DNA from: a bacterium
GTDB taxonomy: Bacteria > JADJOY01
Direction of reading: 5' to 3'
Length of the DNA stretch: 43,332 nucleotides
Assembly: GCA_046331705.1 (NCBI GenBank)
Contig: JAXLQJ010000022.1
Location: forward strand, 62,001 to 105,332
Below are positions 37,286 through 43,332 of this stretch, piece by piece. The position numbers and the translations under genes were made by a program. The number at the start of each line of letters is the position of its first letter. Positions within the stretch are counted from its first letter, which is position 1. The notes beneath the pieces were generated by a model. That model saw nothing but the letters and a program-made list of their open reading frames with translations, did no database searches and was not told the origin of the DNA.

Positions 37286-37813
37286 ATGCGCAAGTTCCTG
37301 ATCTTCGCCGTCACGACCAGCGCGCTGCTGGTCGTCTCGCTACTGTGCAGCACGACCGCCTGTCCCACCGCCGAGATGCGCTTCGGCGTGCACCCGAACA
37401 TCATGTGCCTCGAGCTGCCGATCACCGGCTCGCGCGCCGACGCGACGCTCGCGCTGTGGCGCGCAGGCGATGGCGCGATCGCCAGCGCCGCACGACGGGA
37501 TACGGTCGCGGACTACGGGTTCCTCGTCTTCTACGGGGCCACCATGGCCGTGACCGGCTGGCTGGCGCGCAAGGGCTCGGTGCCGGGCGCTCCCGCTCCG
37601 GCGCTCGCGCTGATCGGTGCACCACTCGCCGCCGCGCTCGCGGATGCCATCGAGAACCAGGGCATCTTCCGGATGCTCGCCGGAACCGGACCGACGAGCG
37701 ACGTGGTCGCATTCGCGACCTCGATCTTCGCCGCCCTCAAGTTCGCGCTGCTGATCGTGTGGATCCGCGCCGCAGCGCGACTCGTGCCGGACCTGCCGGC
37801 CACCGCGCGCTGA
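37286..37813 (+). CDS. Hypothetical membrane protein (about 4 TM)
   Basis: Hydrophobic segments; LELP, DYGFLVFYG, ADAIEN, ALKFALL. Confidence 0.7.
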   Translation: MRKFLIFAVTTSALLVVSLLCSTTACPTAEMRFGVHPNIMCLELPITGSRADATLALWRAGDGAIASAARRDTVADYGFLVFYGATMAVTGWLARKGSVPGAPAPALALIGAPLAAALADAIENQGIFRMLAGTGPTSDVVAFATSIFAALKFALLIVWIRAAARLVPDLPATAR

Positions 37814-37834
37814 CGCGAGCGCGGGCCGACGCGA

Positions 37835-38581
37835 CTACGGCGTCGGCGCCGCCCCGAGTCGCGCCGCGAGACGCGACGCGGCCTCGCGAACGATCGCGAC
37901 GGTCACCCCGTCGCTCACCCCGAACTCATCCTGGGAACGGGGCGACACGACCTCGGGAGCGAGAACGGCCACGGCCTGGAACGCGAAGTGATCGGGCGGG
38001 ACGTCGGCGTAGTGCGCCGTCGCGCTCCCTGCCCGTCCACCGAGCTTCTCGAATGCCGCGTGCAGCGCCATCGCCAGCTCGCCGCGCGTCACGCGCGCGG
38101 CGGGACCGTACACGCCGTCGTCGATCGGAAGAATGCCGGCGGCGATCCACGCTTGCGCGGGGTCGATCGGCGGCAGGTCCCGGGCGGCGGCCGCGACCGC
38201 CCCGGGCGATCGAGTCCTGAGCAGCGCCCCGAGGCTCTCGTCCATCGCGCGCGCCAGGTCCGCGCGAGTCGCCAGCGGTGACTCGGTCACCGGAGTGGGC
38301 ACCGCCGCTGCCGACTCCAGTCGCTCGAGGCGGACCGGACCGGACCGCAGCACGAACAGGTAGAGCGCCGCGGCCGCAGCCAGCGCCGGCGGGGTGAGAT
38401 ACGCGATCCAGCGCCACTTCGACCGTGGCGCCGCCGCGCGCACGGGCGCCTGCGCGGCCCGTTCCGCCGCGAGGATCTCGGCCAAGCCACGTTCCATGCG
38501 CGCGTGATCCGGTTGCGGAAACGCTCCGGAACGCTTCAGCGCGTCGAGCAGCTCGTCGTCGGTTAGTCGCGGACCCGCCAC
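37835..38581 (-). CDS. Putative anti-sigma factor: short N-terminal domain, single TM, SLH-like repeats
   Basis: GAGGAG RBS + GTG; TM WIAYLTPPALAAAAALYLFVL; SLH-like ATRADLA, YGPAARVTRGELAMAL, YADVPPDHFAFQAV; downstream of an ECF sigma. Confidence 0.65.
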   Translation of the reverse strand: MAGPRLTDDELLDALKRSGAFPQPDHARMERGLAEILAAERAAQAPVRAAAPRSKWRWIAYLTPPALAAAAALYLFVLRSGPVRLERLESAAAVPTPVTESPLATRADLARAMDESLGALLRTRSPGAVAAAARDLPPIDPAQAWIAAGILPIDDGVYGPAARVTRGELAMALHAAFEKLGGRAGSATAHYADVPPDHFAFQAVAVLAPEVVSPRSQDEFGVSDGVTVAIVREAASRLAARLGAAPTP

Positions 38582-38723
38582 GGCTCAACTCCTCGTCACC
38601 ACCGAGCCAGGAACCACCGCATCCGATGGACCGTAGCCACGCGGCGAGAGCCCCCCTCCGTAGAAGCGACGCGCGCGCTGCTTCGTCCGGGTCGAGGGTG
38701 ATCGTCGCGGCGGACGCTTCATC

Positions 38724-39251
38724 TCACGCCTCCGCGGCGTCCGCGACTCCCGCCGCGAGCCGGACCTTGCGCAATGCGCGCGTGTGGATGTCCTGGACCG
38801 TGGCGCGGGCGACGCCCGTGCAGGCTTCGACCTCGCGGCGACTCATCCCGGCACAGGTGAGCGCCAGGATCAGGTACTCGTCGTCGTCGAGAGCCGTGCG
38901 GGCGATCCGCGCCAGCTCGGCGCCTTCCAGGTCGAGGGTGCCGCCGAATCCCGCAGAGACGCCGTCCCGTGGTCCGGGATCGGACGCGGGATCGCCGGAG
39001 AGCGGCGCTCGGCCCCGTTGCTTCGCCACCTCCAGCGCGCGATTGCGAGCGACGGTGCGCAAGTACGCGGCGAACGCTCCGAGGCCTTGTGGGACGAATC
39101 GCGCGTGCTGGCGAATGCCGATCGTCAAGGCTTCCTGCGCCACGTCCTGAGCCAAGGCCTCATCCCGAAGAACGCGGTGAGCCACCACGGTCAGCGGGTG
39201 GAAGAGGCGGCGATAGCACTCGTCGAACGGCGGCAGCGGATCGGCGATCAT
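38724..39251 (-). CDS. ECF RNA polymerase sigma factor
   Basis: Region 2: FDECYRR..AHRVLRDEALAQDVAQE..FAAYLRTVARNRA; region 4: GMSRREVEACTGVARATVQDIHTRALRKVR. Confidence 0.85.
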   Translation of the reverse strand: MIADPLPPFDECYRRLFHPLTVVAHRVLRDEALAQDVAQEALTIGIRQHARFVPQGLGAFAAYLRTVARNRALEVAKQRGRAPLSGDPASDPGPRDGVSAGFGGTLDLEGAELARIARTALDDDEYLILALTCAGMSRREVEACTGVARATVQDIHTRALRKVRLAAGVADAAEA

Positions 39252-39438
39252 CGGCGGCGACGGGATTCACGTCGGGGAAGCCTGTAGCACTCGACGGCAG
39301 CCGACGCAACCCATCGCAGCCGCCCAGCGCCTCCTGGCAAATCGGTCCGGACGTTCGCGGGCACCCGCCCCTTCTCGGGGGTACGTGCCGTCGGCCGAGC
39401 CGGCCGCGGCCAGAGCCCCTTCGGGGAGGAGGAGTGAA

Positions 39439-40272
39439 ATGACGCTCGGGCGATGGACGAAAACGTTTCTCGTGCTGTGGCTGATGGCCATCACGTCCGC
39501 GATCGGCGGTTGCGGTGAGGAAGAGCTCGCTCCGTACGACGGAGCGAGCACCGCCGACTCCGCACCGGATCTCGCAGCGGACGCAGGCGGCGCGGATCGG
39601 CTGAGCTCGGACCCACGGATGGCGGTGGTGCTGGAGGCGTTCTACGCCCTCGATCCAGCTCACAACGGCACGTCCACCAAGAGCTTGAACGGCTGGGCGA
39701 TCTCCGACTGGAATTATCTCGCCAACGATCTCAACGCCTACAACGTGATCAAGAGCTGGTATGGCGGCTGCTCGTCGATGTGGGGTGGGCCGCACTCGGG
39801 CGATCTCAAGACCTGCGCCGTGCCGTACAAGCAGATGGGCAACTTCTGCTACTACCACTCGCCGAGCAACTACGGGATCTACGGTAGCTACGGCCGCGGC
39901 GGCCAGTGCAAGGGATTCGTCAATCTCTTGCTGTATCGCAGCAGCGTTCGCCAGAAGGTCCTTCCCACGTACAGCGCGGCGAGAGCCGACTACGACGGTC
40001 CCCGGAAGTACACGAAGGACGCGAGCAAGTCGCGGCTCGGCGACATCCTGTTCCGCAAGGACGGCACGCACACCGCCGTCGTGGTGAAGATCCTTGCGGG
40101 CACCGAAGGCCAGTCCGTCACTTCGCTGGATGTGATCGACTCGAACCTCGTCACGTGGGGTGGCAAGGACGAGGAGATCATCGGCCGTCACATCGTCGAC
40201 ACGAGCGGGCGTTACGGCTCGTACGGCACGCTCGGCAACTACTACGCGATCGACCTGCAGGGTGCCTGGTAG
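39439..40272 (+). CDS. Lipoprotein with CHAP/NlpC-P60-like (papain-fold Cys-His) domain
   Basis: GGAGGAGGAG RBS, ATG 39439; lipobox AIGG-C; GGQCKGFVN, GDILF, HTAVV, VIDSN. Confidence 0.7.
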   Translation: MTLGRWTKTFLVLWLMAITSAIGGCGEEELAPYDGASTADSAPDLAADAGGADRLSSDPRMAVVLEAFYALDPAHNGTSTKSLNGWAISDWNYLANDLNAYNVIKSWYGGCSSMWGGPHSGDLKTCAVPYKQMGNFCYYHSPSNYGIYGSYGRGGQCKGFVNLLLYRSSVRQKVLPTYSAARADYDGPRKYTKDASKSRLGDILFRKDGTHTAVVVKILAGTEGQSVTSLDVIDSNLVTWGGKDEEIIGRHIVDTSGRYGSYGTLGNYYAIDLQGAW

Positions 40273-40313
40273 CACCGGTCGCGCGCCCGCCTTCCCATCA
40301 CGCACCGTGACTT

Positions 40314-40355
40314 CGAGGCGTCGTCCCCAGTCGGGGGACGGCGCCTCGCGTCTTT
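40314..40355 (+). terminator. Possible terminator/stabilising hairpin after the CHAP-like gene
   Basis: 15-bp stem CGAGGCGTCGTCCCC/GGGGACGGCGCCTCG (one G-U pair), followed by CGTCTTT (weak U-tract). Confidence 0.4.
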
Positions 40356-40490
40356 ACGCCCGCGCGCGGTCTCCCTTCCCCACCGCGATCGCAGCGAACC
40401 CGCCGGACGCTCTCCGGCACCGGCCCCTTTCATCGTTCGAACCCCAACGAACGAGCCGTCGATTCGATCGACGGCTCGAAGGAGCTCCGC

Positions 40491-40823
40491 ATGACACTGA
40501 GCCAAGAAGAGATGCGACGTGAGATCGAGGCCGAGAAGCTGCGCCAGATGATGCAGGGCAAGAGCGCCGGAGTCGCGGTCTTCCTCTCGTTCCTGATCCC
40601 CGGCCTCGGCGACCTCTACTGCGGCCGGCTGCTCAAGGGCTCGATCTTCTTCCTCCTCGATCTCGTGTGCGTGTTGCTGCTGTTCGTGGGAATCGGGGTG
40701 CTGGTGTTCCCGTGCGTCTGGTTCCTCGGGCTGATCTCCGCTTGGATGTCGGCTTCCTGGACGCGCAAGCGCGGCCTCCACGCAGCCGAGAAGGCGGTCG
40801 CGATCGCGGCGCCCAGCGCGTGA
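40491..40823 (+). CDS. Small TM2-domain-like membrane protein
   Basis: AAGGAG RBS; KSAGVAVFLSFLIPGLGDLYCGRLLKG followed by hydrophobic helices. Confidence 0.8.
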   Translation: MTLSQEEMRREIEAEKLRQMMQGKSAGVAVFLSFLIPGLGDLYCGRLLKGSIFFLLDLVCVLLLFVGIGVLVFPCVWFLGLISAWMSASWTRKRGLHAAEKAVAIAAPSA

Positions 40824-40932
40824 GCGCGCCGCGGCGACTCCGGCCGGCGTCCCCACGGTGCCGGCCGGAGCGTCCGCGCTCTCCCGCCAGCGCGACTCGG
40901 CGCCGTCGGCGCGCGCACGCTTGCCGCGGGGA

Positions 40933-42969
40933 TCAGGGCGACTCGAAGCCCGAGACGAGGGTCCGCGCGACGTCGTCGTAGCCTTGCGCCGCGCCGAGAC
41001 GGTTCAGATGCCTGCGAACGCTCTCGACGTAGCGTCTGCCCTCGGGCGCGATCGCCTCGCGCCAGCTGGCGCTCTCGCGCGCCTTCGCCACGGCCGCGGG
41101 CCCTTGATTGTACGCGGCGACGGCGAGATCGAGCGCCTCCTCGGATCCCGCGGCGGCGTAGGAGGCGTAGAGCCTTCCGAGCTCCTTGCCGGTCTTGATC
41201 GCGCTCTTGCGTGGATCGAACGGGATGCTCGCCGGCTCGATCTTCAAATAGAAGTAGTACGTGTGCTGAAACGGGCCGATGGCGCCGGTGGGCGAGACGG
41301 CGAAGAGATTTCCGCGCGACTCGATGGCGAGCAGGATGACCAGCCACTTCGTCGCGGTCAGCTCCGAGATCCCGGCGCTGGCCGCGAGCGCCTGCGCACC
41401 GGCCTGGACGTCGCCACGAAAGAGCGCGAGGTACTGGCGCAGCAAGTCCGCGTTGCCGACCACTCCCGCAGGGCTGCCGAAGTGGCTCGCGATGTCGCGC
41501 ACGCGCTGCTTGGCGATCGCATCGCGCTCCGCCGCGCTCAAGCGGTCGAAGATGGCGAGGATCACCGGGCGGATGAAATCGATGTGCACCTTTTCCGGGA
41601 TACGCTCGAGCACGCGACGAACCGACGTTTCCGCGTCGAGCTGGCTGCGTGTGTATTCGAGCAGCTCGAACCGCGGCAGCACGAACGCTCCGCCGGGCAC
41701 CGCGTAGGGCTGGCGCAGCAACTGCTTGAGATCGTCGATCGACAGCTTCGCTTCGGCCTGCTCGAAGAAGAGACGGTCGTTCCGCACGCTCCGGTAGCGC
41801 TCGAAGAAGCCCTGATCGCTCATGCCCGTGAGCACGAAGAGACGGTTCTCGTAGACCTGCTGCGAGACCGTGGTGTTGGCGCCCCCCTTGCCCGGCGCGG
41901 CCCGGAGGTACCGATAGAGCGCCCACGTGCCAGCCGGCAGCTCCCGTTCGCCGAAGGCCCGGCGTGAATGCTTCGCGAGGAATCGAAGCGGATCGCGCTC
42001 GGCTTCGTCGGAGCGCGGAGCGGCCGCGTCGACGAAATACGCCGAGCTCACCAGCGTCACGGGCTGGGTCGCGTTGGGCCGGGTCAGCTCCTCGGTGAGC
42101 GGCGACAGGTTGAAGGGGCCGATCGCGTAGGAGGCGTTGGGGGTAGCGCCCTTGAGCTCGACGGCGCCGAGGAACTGGGTCAGCTCGTACACGTCGCCGA
42201 AGCCGCGCTTGCTCGACCAGTCGTCCGGATAGATCGAGCGCACGATCTCGAAGAAGCTTCGGAAGCGCTCGAGCGAGCCCAGTGGGAAGGCGATCACGCC
42301 GGCGTCGCCGCTCACCCGCTCGCGTTCGGCAGCGGTGGACGCGACCAGCTCGCGGCTGCGCACGGGATCGGGAATGGAGGGGTCCGCGGAGAGCGGGTCC
42401 TGTCGAATCGACTCGAGCTTGGCGAGCAGATCGCGGAACGCTCGATCGAACTCGTCGACCTCGCGTGGTGCGCGACTCGCGCCCGCTGACAGCACGGCGA
42501 TCGGGTCGATCCGCGCTTTGCGTTCGAGGCGATAGGCCGTGAGCGCGGAGCGCGCCGCAAGGTTGTGGATGAAGTTGGGATCGAAGCGCTTGCGCTCGCG
42601 GATCTGCCACAGCGCGACGTCTTGAAGGATCAGCGCCTCGTTTTCCGCCAGGCTCTCGAAGCGCCTCGCGATCCCGTCCACGACCTCGCGATCCGCGTCC
42701 CCGCGAGCCGCTCGCGCGGCCGCCAGCGCGGCGCGCACCTCGTCCACGCGCTGGTCCTGCTCGGCGCAGAGCGCCGTCAGCATGCGCAGCTCGGCCTCGG
42801 CCCACTCGTCGCCTTCCCGCAGACGCGCGTAGTCGCGGATCTGCTGGATCGCTCCCGCGGTGAGCGACTGCCCGGAGGACGCCGGCACCGGACGCGGGAC
42901 CAGCAGCAAGGTCGCGCACACCACGGCGCGACGCCACGCACGAGCCACCCGGGGGACGGGAACGATCAC
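40933..42969 (-). CDS. Large exported protein with C-terminal lytic transglycosylase (SLT) domain; start uncertain (42969 or 43020)
   Basis: IESRGN..AVSPTGAIGPFQ (motifs I/II), FDPRKSA, AVAAYNQGP, EGRRYVESV; putative signal peptide and long helical N-region. Confidence 0.8.
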   Translation of the reverse strand: MIVPVPRVARAWRRAVVCATLLLVPRPVPASSGQSLTAGAIQQIRDYARLREGDEWAEAELRMLTALCAEQDQRVDEVRAALAAARAARGDADREVVDGIARRFESLAENEALILQDVALWQIRERKRFDPNFIHNLAARSALTAYRLERKARIDPIAVLSAGASRAPREVDEFDRAFRDLLAKLESIRQDPLSADPSIPDPVRSRELVASTAAERERVSGDAGVIAFPLGSLERFRSFFEIVRSIYPDDWSSKRGFGDVYELTQFLGAVELKGATPNASYAIGPFNLSPLTEELTRPNATQPVTLVSSAYFVDAAAPRSDEAERDPLRFLAKHSRRAFGERELPAGTWALYRYLRAAPGKGGANTTVSQQVYENRLFVLTGMSDQGFFERYRSVRNDRLFFEQAEAKLSIDDLKQLLRQPYAVPGGAFVLPRFELLEYTRSQLDAETSVRRVLERIPEKVHIDFIRPVILAIFDRLSAAERDAIAKQRVRDIASHFGSPAGVVGNADLLRQYLALFRGDVQAGAQALAASAGISELTATKWLVILLAIESRGNLFAVSPTGAIGPFQHTYYFYLKIEPASIPFDPRKSAIKTGKELGRLYASYAAAGSEEALDLAVAAYNQGPAAVAKARESASWREAIAPEGRRYVESVRRHLNRLGAAQGYDDVARTLVSGFESP

Positions 42970-42988
42970 CGGCCAGGACTGCGATCCA

Positions 42989-43330
42989 TCAGGGAAGCGG
43001 CACGCATTTCCTGACCGCATCAGGGCGTGGAGTCCCCGTGAATCGCGTCATCTCCACCTCGATCGGCGGCGACCCCGATCGGCTGGAAGGTGAGTCGACC
43101 GCGAACCCAACCGCGAGCAGATGCCGGGGGACGCCCTCGGTGCGCAGACCGCTCATCGCGAAGCAGATCTCGCCGCCCGACACGGTGAACGAACCGTCGT
43201 AGATCGCGTTCCGATCGCCGCCGCCGTCATCCAGCACGCAGTGCGGGTAGCTGCTCTTCCAGCCCCCGATGTGACCGTCGGTGAGATCCTGCCCCCAGCA
43301 CTCGACCCGCACGTCGGCCGCGCGCGGCTT
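42989..43330 (-). CDS. Hypothetical protein, C-terminal part (5' end outside window)
   Basis: Frame open from the right edge to the stop at 42989; protein-like composition; same strand as the SLT gene. Confidence 0.5.
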   Translation of the reverse strand, partial: KPRAADVRVECWGQDLTDGHIGGWKSSYPHCVLDDGGGDRNAIYDGSFTVSGGEICFAMSGLRTEGVPRHLLAVGFAVDSPSSRSGSPPIEVEMTRFTGTPRPDAVRKCVPLP

Positions 43331-43332
43331 GC

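Noticed and set aside
38582-38723. Read-through of the ECF stop or a 45-aa ORF between sigma and anti-sigma
   Set aside because: Read-through runs into a low-complexity frame overlapping the anti-sigma gene; the short ORF has no motif or clear RBS.
39252-39438. ECF-type promoter (AAC...CGT) for the CHAP-like gene
   Set aside because: Candidate boxes did not show convincing spacing.

Overview
Very GC-rich bacterial chromosomal segment; a Myxococcota/Deltaproteobacteria-like origin is inferred from gene content only. No rRNA, tRNA, CRISPR array or transposase was recognised. Four blocks: (1) 1-13.3 kb, a Cys-rich DUF1566-type lipoprotein (partial), a ybgA-like (DUF523/DUF1722)-ribA pair behind four phased 11-bp repeats resembling a CarA/CarH operator, and exported beta-propeller proteins: two arylsulfotransferase-like lipoproteins flanking a hydrazine-synthase-alpha-like diheme protein and an FG-GAP protein. 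(2) 13.4-18.8 kb, an aldehyde dehydrogenase, a Tat-exported GMC oxidoreductase pair and DUF2293. (3) 18.9-37.8 kb, a TetR gene divergent from a largely translationally coupled 17-gene catabolic run: carotenoid/stilbene-type cleavage dioxygenase, three amidohydrolases, a CoxL/S/M-like Mo-hydroxylase with XdhC/MocA/CoxG, three SDRs, two atypical P450s, a ThuA-like protein and a membrane protein. (4) 37.8-43.3 kb, a cell-wall module: ECF sigma, SLH-domain putative anti-sigma, CHAP-like lipoprotein, TM2-like protein and a large lytic transglycosylase. Best candidates for undescribed systems are the catabolic operon, the HzsA-like/ASST module and the ECF-SLH-peptidoglycan hydrolase module. All family calls come from motif recognition by eye; no searches were run.
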